A stretch of 64,000 bases of DNA from Paraspadella gotoi (lineage: Eukaryota > Animalia > Chaetognatha), in assembly GCA_051294375.1 (NCBI GenBank), contig CM119270.1, forward strand, positions 5,464,152-5,528,151, in the 5' to 3' direction. Both the position numbers and the translations under genes were made by a program. Below are positions 1-14,462 of the stretch, one piece after another (the stretch's first letter is position 1; every line of letters starts with the position of its first letter). Below the pieces are notes generated by a model, which saw nothing but the letters and a program-made list of their open reading frames with translations, made no database searches and was not told where the DNA came from.

Positions 1-198
1 CGTGGTCGTCGTCGTGGTCGTCGCCCGGTCGAAAATCTGCTGGTCCCCCCGAATCGGGGATCACGTGACGCTTTTGACAGAAGATAATCGAATTTGCGGT
101 CAAAAAACAAAATCGCTCGATGGAGGGATTCCAATCGAGCGGAAAAAGTGATCTCGTCTCCTGCGTGGTCTCTGTACTCTCTCTCTTCTCTCTTCTCT

Positions 199-239
<41 letters not shown>

Positions 240-1407
240 CTCTCTTCTCTTCTCTTCTCTCTCCTCTCTTCTCTCTCTCTGTCAATGTTGCATTCTTTAA
301 TGAATAAAGGTTATTTTTATATATTTTAGATACTATCGTCAAATTCGACTGGTACCAAATCGTCAAAAAAACTAAATTATCCCGCATCGGATGTACAGAT
401 ACAAAAAAAAAAACAACCAAAAAAAGAGAGTGAAATAAATATAGAAAAATAAAATTGGAAACAATTTGAATAAAATGGCGAATATGGATCATCGAAACGG
501 TGAGTGAATCTGGCATTGAAGGACAATAATTAAAAAAAACTACCTTTATTAAATAATTGACAAACACTATACATAGTAATTTACAGCTTTTTTTAAAAAC
601 AATTTATTTCTATTTTTTTTTCTTCAAATTCCAAATTCACGAGTTCGACTTCGCGACCTTTTTTTGGGGGGTTTGGGTGGGGCGGGGGGGAGTAAGTGGC
701 GTTCACATTTATCAATTGTCAAATGTCAGTATTTCTCGAAATCACATAATCCGTTAACGGACATTGTCACACAAAAAAAATCTCAAATGTTCGATCGTGA
801 TACTGGGAGTATGTCACTTATAAAAGCCGATTGAGTTAAGTTTTTTATGCTGTGCCTATCTCATTGATTCAAATGTTTAGCGATGCAATAAAAAATGTTT
901 TCATGTTCAGAAATGAAAGTTTAAAAAGCAAAAAAGAAAATTTTGAATTCGTATTTTCTCTCCCGTTCGCTAAACGAGCAAAAAGGGGGTCGAAAGGGCT
1001 TTCTTCGATTTTAATATCTTTAAATGTCATCTCTCTCTCTTCCCTCTCCCTCTCCTCTCTCCTCTCTCTGTCAGAAAAGTTAAAAAAGAAAATAATAAAA
1101 TGTTTATATGTCTCGCATCGCCCCTTCAGCAGCCTGGTCTAATTTTTCCCGAAACAGAAAACAAACAAGTTTTCGCTGTTTATATTTGTTAAGCCTCTCT
1201 TCTGCCTCTCTCTCCTCTCTCTCTCTTCTCTCTACCCTTCTCTCTTTTTCTCATTAAAAATTATGCTTCACAACGTTTTTCTATTTTTCTTTCTTTATTT
1301 TTTTTTCTCTCAACCAAAACCATGCGCCTGTAAAATTGCCTTATTTTCAAACAAATTTTCTATTGCGCTGGCGAGAGAGAGATTGAAAATGATGGAGAGA
1401 GAGAGAG

Positions 1408-1443
<36 letters not shown>

Positions 1444-3227
1444 AGCAATCATACAAAAGGCGGTTTTCCCCGTTTAATCACCACGTTTTTCAACTCCACC
1501 TTTTGTCAGCAGCGAACGTCAGCGACGACGACGACGAAACGACAACAACAACAACAACCGCAACAACATTCCCCTCGTGAAAATTACGAATCTGTTTCGA
1601 CTTCCGAGGATCGATTTCTCTCGAAATTTTTTTGTGCTTTTTAAGTTAATCTTGATTTTTTTTATTTGAAAATTTTGTTAGTATAATTATTACAGCCTCG
1701 TTATTGTCTTATCTCTATTTGTTGTCGTCGTCGCTTTAATGATCGTTGTTGTCTAATTTCTCATTCGTCATCGTTGTAAACGTCAACTCCGTTTTTTTTT
1801 TCGCCGATTTCAACAATAAACTCGATCAATATTAATCCTCGACCAATCAGATCGCTCGAAAGGGAAGCCTGGCGAGCCTCGATCAAATCGGTCTTGTTTC
1901 AAGTTGTCGCTCAAGTTGAAGTTACTAAATTTTCGTCCAATGCATATTAACCCATTTTTCGGTTAAATGTATTCGAAAGATAAGCAGGTAATCTTTTCAA
2001 ATTTTGTACCCAGTTCAGTTTCGTTGCCTCTTCGTACCCAATAAATTGCTGACGCAAAGAATAATTTTTGTCAACGCCGATCCAAGTTTTGTTTTCTCCG
2101 TTTCAGTCATCACTGTCCTTGCGTAGTTGTCATGGTCTTTGTCAAACGTTTATTTTGTCATTGTCATATTGATCTTTGTCAGTGTCAACGGCTTTTATTT
2201 TGTCGTTGTCACTATCATTCTTAACTCTTTTTAAACGAAGGGAAAAAAAGGCCTCAATGTAATCGAGCAATTAATGTGGCACAAAAAACCCTTCGGGTTA
2301 TTTTATCCAATAAATTATCAACGTCACATTATATTGGACGTCGTCGTATTCGTCGTCGTCGTCGTCGTCTTCGTTATATTATAACTTCGATCGCTAATCA
2401 ATTTTCTCACGATTTTTATACGCATTAGCGCTGAGCGAAAAAAAAAGGGAACGCCTTGTGAATTAACGGAAAAATTATGTGCGTTTCGCTTTGACGTTAT
2501 GCTTCACACCAGAGTTTGATTATCAGGTTTCTCTACCGTCGCAAACATTTTCGCGCGTTCCAAGTTAAATTTCAGTATTTTTCTTTTCAACGGTTCGAAT
2601 TGATTTGATAAACTCGGCTATTGGATTGAAACTGGGTTACAATAGGGATTCAGTGAATCGGTGCTCAACTCTCGATTTGTCCCTCGTTTATTCGCGAAAT
2701 CGGAAAATCGACGGGAGGTTGAACCAATTCGAGTTAAACGCAAAAGCTTTTAGTTCAGGCCTATTTTCGAAGGTGGGAAGAACCGGGGGGGGGAGGCGGG
2801 TGAAAAGAAGAAAAAGGTTGATTTTTAAGCGAAATCTAGCGGCAGATTTTATTTAAAACGGCTTTTCTCCATTGCTGATATTTACTGGCTTTATAAGTTG
2901 ATCTAGTTATCATGCCATCATTATCTTGGTCGTGGGGTTGGAGCCATTCTTGGGCAGGCGTTTCTTCCCCGGCGCCAGGCGGTTTTCGGATGTTCTTACA
3001 TGCAATGCCCTCGGATGGATTCGAATCAGCGATCTTTTGATCATTATTAGCATTTGCCTTATACATAATCAAGAAACGAGTTCTAACCGACGATATTCAG
3101 GAAACGACACGTCGGCGTTATTGCTAACGGCTTTTGTTGTCGCCTTAAGTTATTTTTCGGCGTCAGGTATTGCATGTAATAGGTATCGACATTGTCGACA
3201 GTAACAAATGACATAACATTAATCTCT

Positions 3228-3311
<84 letters not shown>

Positions 3312-4388
3312 TCTCTCACTCATATTTGTAAACTGAAACAATTGCGAATGCAATTGCTGATAAAGACTCGAAAGTCATAGAGACGAAACATTTAAATTAA
3401 GAACAAATCATTGTTTTTAAATAACGAATTTTATCGTTTTCTCTTCACAAATTAAAACAACAAAGAGAAGGATTAATACAATGCCAATAATAACATGAAT
3501 AACATTAACATTAACAATGACAAGGCCTTCGTTTTAGTGGTCGTTGTCGTCTTCGGCTGGGGTATGGGTGTCAGTGTCTTCGGCGTCGTCGTCGTCTTTG
3601 TCATCGTTATTGGTGTCATCTACGTCCTTTTTGTCATCGTCGTTATTGTCTTCGTCGTAATTGTCGTCGTCGTTGTCGTCTGGTCGTCATTGTCGTCGTC
3701 GTCATTGTCGTCGTCGTCATTGGCGTCGTCGTCCACGTCTGCGTCGTCGTCGTTTTCGCCATCATTGGTGTCATCTTTGTCCTTTTTGTCATCGTCGTCG
3801 TCGTCGTCATTGGCGTCTGGGTCGTCATTGTCGTCGTCATCGTCGTTGTCATTTTCGTAATCCATGCCATCGTCGTCGTCGTCGTCGTCTCCGGCGCCAG
3901 ATGAAACCATCTCCTGCCAGATGAAACCATCTCCTGCCACAAAAACAGCAAGAGTCAGAATTTTTCGAGGGAGGAAAGAAAATCTCCCGATGGAATTTGA
4001 CGCAAGAGGAAATCCTTTTCTCGTTCGGGATTTCGAGCCTCGTCTAACGGGCGTTGATCGCATGTCTACTTGCACTCAGCGATCTTCGCTGGTCGAATGG
4101 CAAAAGGAAGCGAGCAACCAAGCAACGCTGGGCAGAGTTTCACTGGACAATGGACATTGAGCATTCATCGGTGAGATGTCACGTATCGCTAAACAATCAT
4201 CACAGGTCAGTGGTCACATAACAAAGTTAAACCCTGGTCAAAAGGTCACGGGTCACCCATATCACTAATTGCAAACAAAAATTGTCAAGGGTCAAAGGTG
4301 AAAGGGTTCACATCAATCGACCCATCGCGTCGGACGTGAGGAGCCTCTCGTATCACGAATCGGAAGGCGAGAGACGCCAATGACGTTG

Positions 4389-4738
4389 CGTCGGTCACGT
4401 GATTATTCGTCGCACGTCGGTCACATGATCTTTGTTAAACGTCAGTCACGTGATCTTCATCGTACGTTGGTCATGTGATGGTCGCGTGATTATTCGACGC
4501 AGGTTGGTCTTGCAATCTTCGTTGCAAGTTGGTCACGTGATCTTTGTCACCCGACAGTCTCAAGATGTTCGTCGCCCATCAATCACCTGATCTTCGTCCC
4601 GAGTTGGTGATGTGTTCTTCACTTCATGTCGGTCATGTAATCATGGAATCATCTTCGTCGCCAGTTGGTCACGCGGTCTCTGTGGCACGTCAGTCACGTT
4701 ATCTTCCGCGCACGTCGGTCACGTGTTCTTCGTCACCC
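4389..4738. repeat. Degenerate ~25-bp minisatellite with GGTCACGTGAT (E-box) core
   Basis: About 13 units resembling cgtcggtcacgtgatcttcgtcgca. Confidence 0.8.
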
Positions 4739-4828
4739 GTCGCTCCTGACCCAATTGTTAACTGAGGGTGACCGACTTTCTTTCCCGGCGTCCGTCCGGT
4801 AGAGCGCGAACTTTCGAAAGGTTCGGGA

Positions 4829-5096
4829 GAAGCGAACGAAGGAAGGAACGGACGAACGAAACGAAACGACCAGCAACGAACGAACGAAGGAAACAGAAGG
4901 AACCGAACGACACGAACCGAAGGAACGAAGGACGAAACGAACGAAGAACGAAAGGAACGAAGGAACGAACGAACGAAGGAACGAAGGAACGAAGGACGAT
5001 CGAACGAACGAACGAACGAACGAACGAAACGAACGAAGAACGAACGAACGAACGAACGAACCGAACAACGAACGAAGAAGAAACCGAACGAACGTA
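4829..5096. repeat. Degenerate (AACG)n microsatellite
   Basis: Tetranucleotide array; source of the RSFV/ERTN pseudo-ORFs. Confidence 0.9.
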
Positions 5097-5280
5097 ACGC
5101 CACGCACGCACGCAAGTCGCCTACTGACCCTCATTCATTCCGCGTCTTCGAACCCACCTACCCGGTCCTACCCTACATTTCTTACTCTCTCTGAGTCTCT
5201 GGTCTCTCCTCGCCCAACCGCTTCCTCCCGTCGACCCAGAAATTTCTTGTCGAGGAACCATAAGCAACAATGACGACGGA

Positions 5281-5334
<54 letters not shown>

Positions 5335-5708
5335 CGCGATCCAAAATTCCAGATTACAGATATGGATCCCTTTTGAATCGATCTGGTTTTCCTAATTCCC
5401 CGCTCGAGATATAAACAGAGAGACGGATTCCTAGGATATTGGTCGGGATTGAGGAATTCTTCGTTGTACAGTTACTGATCCTAATTGAGGAATAGGAATA
5501 GGAATATGACATACGGACATACGGACATACGGACATACGGACATACGGACATANNNNNNNNNNNNNNNNNNNNNNNNNNNNNNNNNNNNNNNNNNNNNNN
5601 NNNNNNNNNNNNNNNNNNNNNNNNNNNNNNNNNNNNNNNNNNNNNNNNNNNNNNNNNNNNNNNNNNNNNNNNNNNNNNNNNNNNNNNNNNNNNNNNNNNN
5701 NNNNNNNN

Positions 5709-5742
<34 letters not shown>

Positions 5743-5908
5743 CTCTCGGCTCACAATTTGGTTACTGTTCATCGAAACGCGACTTAATTTTTCACAATTT
5801 TACGAAATAAAATAACCAAATTCCTATTAAGTTTTCGTCACGCTTATGGATTATTTAATAAGGCGTTGTGAAAGTTTCCGATCAAAATTCCAATTGTCGA
5901 TTTTCTAC

Positions 5909-6275
5909 TAGAGAACTAAAAAAAATGTTTTTAAATTTCTCAATAATCACACTAGCCCATATTTATACATAGAAAATGTAGTTTTTTTCTGAATTTTGAA
6001 AGCAGATTCGAATTCCTCATTTAAAGTTGATAAAAGAAAATATAAGTCTTAATCAAAAATTATTTTATTAAGTTAGCTAAAATATTAAAAAAGCTATAAT
6101 TTTTTACTAAAATTTAATTATAGGTTAATTATAATAGTTTTTTTATGATTTTGACCCACTTAATAAAATAATTTTTTTGAGTAATTCGAATCTGATTTTA
6201 AAAATAAAAAAATTACATTTTAAAATTTTAACATTTTTATAGTGATTATTATATATAAATATGTACTATGCTCTA
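5909..6275. mobile_element. AT-rich foldback MITE-like element
   Basis: TAGAG...CTCTA ends; imperfect inverted arms about 5940-6020 vs 6178-6250; style resembles 45310-45937; no TSD seen. Confidence 0.4.
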
Positions 6276-6453
6276 TTATTCTTTTCATTCTTTTCATTCT
6301 CGATTTCATTTAATTTTCTTACTTATTTTATTTTCTATAATAAAGTTGAATTTTTTTCAAGATTTTTTGTTATCGATTTGGTTTTCATACAACGAATTCA
6401 AGTCTTGGACGTCGACTCTCGAATCTGAGTCGAACTCGCAGTCAAACGTTTAA

Positions 6454-6488
<35 letters not shown>

Positions 6489-7023
6489 NNNNNNNNNNNN
6501 NNNNNNNNNNNNNNNNNNNNNNNNNNNNNNNNNNNNNNNNNNNNNNNNNNNNNNNNNNNNNNNNNNNNNNNNNNNNNNNNNNNNNNNNNNNNNNNNNNNN
6601 NNNNNNNNNNNNNNNNNNNNNNNNNNNNNNNNNNNNNNNNNNNNNNNNNNNNNNNNNNNNNNNNNNNNNNNNNNNNNNNNNNNNNNNNNNNNNNNNNNNN
6701 NNNNNNNNNNNNNNNNNNNNNNNNNNNNNNNNNNNNNNNNNNNNNNNNNNNNNNNNNNNNNNNNNNNNNNNNNNNNNNNNNNNNNNNNNNNNNNNNNNNN
6801 NNNNNNNNNNNNNNNNNNNNNNNNNNNNNNNNNTTTTTTTTTTTATTCGAGTCTGTTTCGTGTTTTTTTAAACGACAAAACATCTTCGTTTTCTAAACTG
6901 AAGTCGAGGAAAAGTTTTCGTAATCGTCAAAAACAAATATTTTTTTCGGCTCTTTTATTTCTCATCGATCGGGCAATAAATTGGAAAAATAACTTAATTT
7001 AACTTGACTTATTTTTAACTAAA

Positions 7024-7275
7024 AGAGATATATGGTTAAGAAAGATATATGCCTAATAGAGATATATGCTTTAGAGAGAGATATGCCTAAAAGAGAAGTG
7101 TTTAAGGGAGATATATGCTGGAGAGAGAGGTACATGCCTAAGAGAGAGATTTGCCGAAGAGAGATATATAAGTGTTTAAGAGAGATATATGCTAAAGAGA
7201 GAGGTAGGCCTAAGAGAGTAATATGCCTAAGAGAGAGATTTGCCGAAGAGAGTTAAATACTTAAGAGAGAGGTAT
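7024..7275. repeat. Degenerate ~19-bp minisatellite (gagatatatgcctaagaga)
   Basis: Tandem degenerate units visible by eye. Confidence 0.75.
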
Positions 7276-7569
7276 GCGACTGATCTGTCTAAGAGTGATC
7301 TGTGTTGGGCATTGCGATTAAATCACCTCGTCTATAAATATGGATCTTTTATTTATGAACATTAGGTTCCCTGATCGCTCCTAACATTACGGGAGCATGA
7401 GAAAGGCCGTAAACCGCCTTGGGGGGCGTGGAAAACCCTCAAGCCTAGTTCCAAGAAGAGGACCCTTTCCATAGCTGCCGAGGGGGCACAGAAGATACTC
7501 ATCTCCTTAAATCCACAAATAAGCTTCGTAGAGAGAGATGCTCATTGCTCAAGTGAGAGATCTTATATA

Positions 7570-8185
7570 CTATCTAGGAAAAAAGTTAGAAACATTTTTA
7601 ATTGAGGATATCTACTCGAAAACTTTCTCGATTTTTAAAAAATCAGGATGTTTCAGATTCTACACTAAATTTCCTTTCAGTTGCTTCCTTCCATTTTTTC
7701 GTAGATCCAACCGTATAGAAGTTAGAGGCAAAATAAGATTGCTACCTCAAGTGAAAAATGGCGGAAAAAATCGCCTTTAGTTTTCCACAATTCTTGGTAT
7801 TGAGTTATTTGTTTCTATTTCAAATTGAGTTAGTTATTTTTTTCATTTTTTTAAATTTGGTTATGCCGAATAGACAGCCCCTCTCTTTGGTTCATAAAGG
7901 TGCAATTGTAGCTCTGAGAAAAGAGGGAAAGACGCAACAATTCATCAGCAATAGACTTGGAATCCCTCGTTCCACCATTGCAAATTTTTTACGGCGATAC
8001 AATAAATCAAAAACATTTGGTATGTCAGCACGCTTTACGAGAGCATGCCCAGACGAATGCAGGCAGTGGTCGATGCCGAGGGAGGGCATACCAAATATAG
8101 AGAATGTTTTACCCATGTTTTGTATATTTTTTATTGAATAAATGAACTTTTAAAAAAAAAGGTTTCTAACTTTTTTCCTAGATAG
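7570..8185 (+). mobile_element. Internally deleted non-autonomous Tc1/mariner (Tc1-like) element
   Basis: Perfect 24-bp TIRs CTATCTAGGAAAAAAGTTAGAAAC flanked by TA on both sides. Transposase N-terminal HTH from ATG 7863 (MPNRQPLS...ISNRLGIPRSTIANFL) joined out of frame to a Tc1-type C-terminus (LYESMPRRMQAVVDAEGGHTKY, 8021-8098); DDE domain absent. Confidence 0.93.
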
Positions 8186-8271
8186 TATCTCTGATCCCCG
8201 AGAGATATAAACCTTCTTTGTTTCAAGGCAGACAACCAGAAATATCTCGTATCCATTAATACTTGATATTT

Positions 8272-8313
<42 letters not shown>

Positions 8314-10772
8314 CACTAACACTCTATCTTTCTGTTTGGCTTAAACACAAAACCGAAGAAGATTCTCAAAGCGTCTTTTCCAATCACATCCGGCTTTTGC
8401 GTGAATTCCGGTTTTATCCGGGGATTGAGAAACCGACTGGGAATGGGGAAGCAGACGGAAGGGAGTGGGATAAATTATGATTTAGGACCAAAAAAAAGGT
8501 TAAATATGGGAAACACTGGGTGGTATAGTGATTCGTTAAGGCAGAAGTTTTATTTAGTTTCATTGCTTCTAGTACTAATTTAAACGTTTTTTTTTTTAAA
8601 TCTGTGTTGATGATTAATTCGAATGTTCTGATACAAAGAAAAGAGCTAATCCAAGGTCTCCTTTTTTAATTAATTAAATTTAAATTCCCATCTTGAATGA
8701 AAGAGAGAGAGAGNNNNNNNNNNAGAGAGAGAGAGAGACTGTGCAAATAGAATAAAAAGTATCAAAAAGATGAGAGCCGACTCTATAAAAGTCTGGCGAT
8801 CAGAGAAAAAGATCCGTCGGAAGTATCATTCATGATTGACTCATTTCCAATGATTTAAAAAGAGAAACGTGAGAAATCATGTTCACCATGATTTTGGATG
8901 AATTTCGAGGGAAAATTAGTGTTGCTATAATTAAGAATCCCAGTGATTTTATATCCAGATTACGGATGAATCACGGGCATCCAGTGATACATTGTGATTT
9001 AAGAAAAGACTGTTTTAAAAAAAGGATGCTTATCGTAAAAGTTAAAATAACGTTTACGAAAAATCTTTTTTAACTTATGGTTTAAAACTGTGATGCATCA
9101 ATGGAAATATGATGTTGCTTCATGTTTCAATAAATTTGTTTATTTGATTCGTTCTCTCAATTTGATCCAAGACGAAAGAAGATCACGAGATACAATGGAT
9201 AAGATCCAACGTGCTCGCCTGGAGAAAGAGTCTGTCTCTCTCNNNNNNNNNNNNNNNNNNNNNNNNNNNNNNNNNNNNNNNNNNNNNNNNNNNNNNNNNN
9301 NNNNNNNNNNNNNNNNNNNNNNNNNNNNNNNNNNNNNNNNNNNNNNNNNNNNNNNNNNNNNNNCTTTCTAGGTAGCATGTTCTCAAAAAGATTAACGAAG
9401 AAACCAATTAATTCACGAAATAGGGGAGAGAAAAAAATGAGAGAGAGAGAATTCAGTCCAAGGTCAGAGCGCTGAAATTAAAGATAAATAAAGATAAATC
9501 CATTTTAATGAATGAAAATTGTGAATGATATACAGGATCGTTTTGTGATCCACATTTCGAGCCAAGTTCCTATTTGCCAATGAGGATGTGAATATCGTAT
9601 TGATGGACTAAACGGTGAGGATAAAGTCACAGAAGTTATCATCTTGTTTTCTCCGGTTTTTCCTCTCTCTCTCTCTGTCCTCATCTCTCTGTCCTCATCT
9701 CTCCTCCGTGTTTTTTTTCTTTTTTTCTTTCTGTTTTTCTTTCTTTTAGTCTTTCTTTCCGTCTTTCTTTCTTTATTTTTTTCTATCTTTCTACCTTCCT
9801 TTCTTCCTTTTTTTATTTTTTCCTTTTTTTCTCTATATTTAAATCTCACTCCCTTTTTTTACAAATACCTAAATAAATCTTGACAAAGCTTTTCAGTCTT
9901 TCGAAAAAGCCATTTGAGCACTCACAAAAGCCAATAAGCTTTTTGACACACANNNNNNNNNNNNNNNNNNNNNNNNNNNNNNNNNNNNNNNNNNNNNNNN
10001 NNNNNNNNNNNNNNNNNNNNNNNNNNNNNNNNNNNNNNNNNNNNNNNNNNNNNNNNNNNNNNNNNNNNNNNNNNNNNNNNNNNNNNNNNNNNNNNNNNNN
10101 NNNNNNNNNNNNNNNNNNNNNNNNNNNNNNNCTTTGTGCCCTTTAAGATTCCGTTCCATCGAATCTTTTCGGTCATTTTCCTTCGCGTAAAAATTCGCTT
10201 CAATGAAGTTTGGAAACATTAGAAAACTTGGCGAGAGCAAAATGACTGATTTTCTTTCTTTCTTTTTNNNNNNNNNNNNNNNNNNNNNNNNNNNNNNNNN
10301 NNNNNNNNNNNNNNNNNNNNNNNNNNNNNNNNNNNNNNNNNNNNNNNNNNNNNNNNNNNNNNNNNNNNNNNNNNNNNNNNNNNNNNNNNNNNNNNNNNNN
10401 NNNNNNNNNNNNNNNNNNNNNNNNNNNNNNNNNNNNNNNNNNNNNNNNNNNNNNNNNNNNNNNNNNNNNNNNNNNNNNNNNNNNNNNNNNNNNNNNNNNN
10501 NNNNNNNNNNNNNNNNNNNNNNNNNNNNNNNNNNNNNNNNNNNNNNNNNNNNNNNNNNNNNNNNNNNNNNNNNNNNNGAGAGAGAGAGAGAGAGAGAGAG
10601 AAATATATTGTTTATCGTCACGAACAAAATTAAGTTTTACATAATTTTAAAATTCCGATCGACCTTTTTATTATTATTATCCTCGCATTAACTTCTTTTT
10701 TCCTTCATTCTTTTGCTCCCACTTTATATTTTTCACCCGTTCTCCTCCTCCTCCTCCTCCTCCTTTTCTCAG

Positions 10773-11373
10773 AAATCATCCTCGACTCCGATTCTTCTCA
10801 AGATTCCGTCCAAAATCTTTCAAATTGGATTCTCTGGACGCGACTCAGGATTTTCGACGTTCGCGTCGACGTCGCCAATTGGCTCGAGAGCCGAAAGCCG
10901 ATCGGGAACCACGAGGATACTGAGGTCCGAAAGAGCAAGCCGATCGGAGAGAACCACTCTCTCGTCGACGGTTCGAAGCCGATCGGGAAGGACGCGTCGA
11001 AGCGATTCGGAGTTTGTGGAGAAGGTGAGAACATTAATTTGGCATGGCGAACGAGGAAAGAAAAGAAAGAAAAGGAAAGAAAGAAAAGACTGCTCCGTAG
11101 TTGAGATAACATTTTTTGAGTTGTTAAATTATTTAATCAATGCATCATAATATGTATCTCTCCTCAGAAAAAAATCAAATCACTATATATCACTTTTAAC
11201 CCAAAACTGCTCGCAGTGCTAGCTGTTTCGGCTGTGAAAAAGCGGTAGCGAGGCGGTTCAGTGAATTAGTGAGTCAGTGTAAGAATTAAGTCTAGAGCTT
11301 CTCACGTCAATCTCAACGCGTTTAGCGATGACGTCAAAGAGTGAACGACGACGACAGAGACGGAGACGACAGA

Positions 11374-11404
<31 letters not shown>

Positions 11405-11533
11405 TCGTCGACATAAAATTAACAACAAATATATTTTTTTTTTATTTTGAAAAGAAAAAAAAAATTCGAGTCTCGTCTTTCAAAAATGAAAAACGAAAAA
11501 GAAGATTTGGTCTCGATTTTCTAACGCAAATCT

Positions 11534-11594
<61 letters not shown>

Positions 11595-11756
11595 CTTAAA
11601 TTCCTAATGTTGTCTGGCTTTCTGTACGGTTGACTGTCTGTCGGTCTATCTTTCTGTCACGCTCTCTTTAATTTTATACTCTTGTCTGTTTGTCAGAGTG
11701 TCTGTTTCTGTATTTGACTGTCTGATCATTTCTATCTTTTAACACCCCCTCTCTAT

Positions 11757-11787
<31 letters not shown>

Positions 11788-12566
11788 TTNNNNNNNNNNN
11801 NNNNNNNNNNNNNNNNNNNNNNNNNNNNNNNNNNNNNNNNNNNNNNNNNNNNNNNNNNNNNNNNNNNNNNNNNNNNNNNNNNNNNNNNNNNNNNNNNNNN
11901 NNNNNNNNNNNNNNNNNNNNNNNNNNNNNNNNNNNNNNNNNNNNNNNNNNNNNNNNNNNNNNNNNNNNNNNNNNNNNNNNNNNNNNNNNNNNNNNNNNNN
12001 NNNNNNNNNNNNNNNNNNNNNNNNNNNNNNNNNNNNNNNNNNNNNNNCTCTCTCTCTGTCATGATATTAAATTAATAATCCCCTTAATTATAGAGTATCA
12101 TTTTTCTTATCTTCTTAATTTGAAAGGAAGGAGAGGGGATTTACTTGAAAAGCCAAGGATTGCGCCATCTTATTTTCTTTCCTTTTTGTGAGAAATTCTT
12201 TATGTGCAACATATTTTTTTCATAGCCGTCGCAATGGATTATTTTTTTTAATATTTATAGTTTCTCTTTTTCTTGTTTATTTTTATTCCACTGTATATTT
12301 TGTCCTATTAAGCTTTCCCCTTTTTTAAAAAAAATTGTGAAAAGCTGAAAAGCCTACAATCCTTAAATTATGTACTTTTCCATTAATTCTTAATAATTTT
12401 CTACTTAAAACCAGGATTAACAATTCCATTGACCTGTCGATCGTTAGAGTTCATTTGTTTTTTTTTTGGTCACTTCTACAAGGTGTCACCGAGGTCCAGA
12501 TTCCGGAACCGCGTGGCATCGATCCTCTTCCTCCTCCTCATCCTCTTCTTTCACTTCCCAGTTTAA
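10773..12566 (+). CDS. Candidate exons 10773-11024 and 12483-12566; Ser/Arg-rich protein ending in a hydrophobic tail
   Basis: Polypyrimidine-AG and GTGAG boundaries, phase 0-0; ends VSPRSRFRNRVASILFLLLILFFHFPV*. Upstream exons not found; may be an isoform of the downstream KASH locus. Confidence 0.35.
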
Positions 12567-13410
12567 AAAAAAACAACACCATAAGCCTTCGGCTCCTCTT
12601 AGCCGAAAGAAGACAACAATTTCTTTACACTTCAAAGATTTCGTCTTTCCCCATTTTTGTTCCAATTTCCCCAAAGATATTTTTCTCTCACGAAAGGGAT
12701 TCTCCTTTTTTTTTCCACGTTTTCGTCCTTGAGGCGAAAAAAAAAAGATGTGAAATTGTTGTGAATCACCCGGAGACTCGCGGAGGAGGAAAACTTACGA
12801 ATTCACGATTCACGATTCGCGATTCGCGATTCGCGATCAAAAAAAAAATGTTTTACCCACATTCCATTCATTCCTCCTTTGACGAAATATTCGCTAAAGT
12901 TCAATAAAGGAGTTTTTTTTTCTTTTTTAATGACTATGTACTTAGTAATGAATTTAAATAACTTTTCTTTTTTCTCTTTAGTTTTCATTTTAATTAGTAA
13001 TTAATTCTAATTAATAATTTATTGAAATAACTTCTTTGGTTCGATGAAATTTTTTTCCCCCCAAGGTTTTCGTAATTCTGTCAAATCGTTAAGTTCATAT
13101 CATATCAAATGAAATAAGAATAGAGAAAATTAAATTCGTTTTCCATTTTTTTTAAATAATAATAATAATAATAATAATAATATTTTTTTCCTCGTTCAGT
13201 TTTAGTCGATCTAACACAATGTCCGTCCGTCCGTCCATCAGTACGTCTTTTTTATTTTTTTTCTATTTGATTTTTCAGATCGCATCAAAGGGTCGAACCG
13301 TTGGACGAAAGAAACTTCTCAAAGAGAGAAAAGAAGAAAAGTTTATCGTTGGAAAAGAATTTTGAGAAAAGAGGAAAGGCAGATCGACAGTCAGGCACCA
13401 AGAGGTAAGT

Positions 13411-13447
<37 letters not shown>

Positions 13448-14370
13448 NNNNNNNNNNNNNNNNNNNNNNNNNCTTCCTACCTCTCCTCATCCTCTTCTTT
13501 CACTTCCCAGTTTAAACAAAAGAAAATACACCATACAGCTTTCGGCTTCCTCTTAGCCTGAAAGAAGACAACGAAATTTTCTTTGTACACTTCAAAGATT
13601 TCGTCTTTCCCCATTTGTTCCAATTTCCCAAAGCATATTCTCTCACGAAAGGGGATTCTCCTTTTTTTTTCCACGTTTTTCGTCTTGAGGCGAAAAAAAA
13701 AGATGTGAAATGTTGTGAATCACCGGAGACTCGCGGAGGAGGAAAACTTAGAATTTCACGATTCACGATTCTCGGTTCGCGATCACCAACAATGTTTTAC
13801 CCACATTCCATTCATTCCTCCTGAACGATAAAAATATTCGCCTAAAGTTCACAATAAAGAGTTTTTTTTCTTTTTTTAATGACTACTTCAGTAATTGTAA
13901 TTTAAAATTAACTTTTTCTTTTTTTCTCTTTAGTCTTCATTTTTATTAGTAATTAGATAATTTATATTTCTAATTAATAATTTATTGAAATAACTCTTTG
14001 GTTCGATGAAATTTTTTCCCCCCAAGTCGTAATTCTGTTCAAATCTGTTAAGTTCATATCATATCAAATAAATAAGAATAGAGAAAATAAATTTCGTTTT
14101 CCATTTTTTTTTAATAATAATAATAATAATTATTTTTTTTCCTCGATTCAATTTAGTCGATCAATAACACAATTTCCGTCCGTTCCTCATGTCCGTCTTT
14201 TTTATTTTTTTTCTATTTGATTTTTTCAGATCGCTCAAAGGGCTCGAACCTGTTGGACGAAGGAAACTTTCTCAAAGAGAGAAAAGAAAGAAAAGTTTAT
14301 CGTGGAAAAGGAATTTTGAGAAAAGAGGAAAGCAGATCGACAGTCAATAAGGCACCAAGAGGTAAGTGTC

Positions 14371-14400
<30 letters not shown>
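12526..14400. repeat. ~930-bp tandem duplication split by a 25-N gap (likely assembly artefact)
   Basis: 12526-13447 repeated at 13473-14400 with many 1-bp indels. Confidence 0.8.
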
Positions 14401-14409
<9 letters not shown>

Positions 14410-14429
14410 CTCTCTCGACTCTTCTCTCG

Positions 14430-14462
<33 letters not shown>

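Noticed and set aside
94-5134. Many ORFs with SLSL, ERER, poly-D/T or RSFV content
   Set aside because: Translations of microsatellites; no splice-consistent model could be built, though 2836-3072 and 3620-4075 could hide exons
7280-8260. Solo LTR hosting the Tc1
   Set aside because: TATA-like motif present but no second copy or TSD to define it
12526-14400. Tandem duplication containing a duplicated exon (mutually exclusive exons?)
   Set aside because: Copies abut a fixed-size 25-N gap and differ by scattered 1-bp indels, typical of long-read gap-filling artefacts
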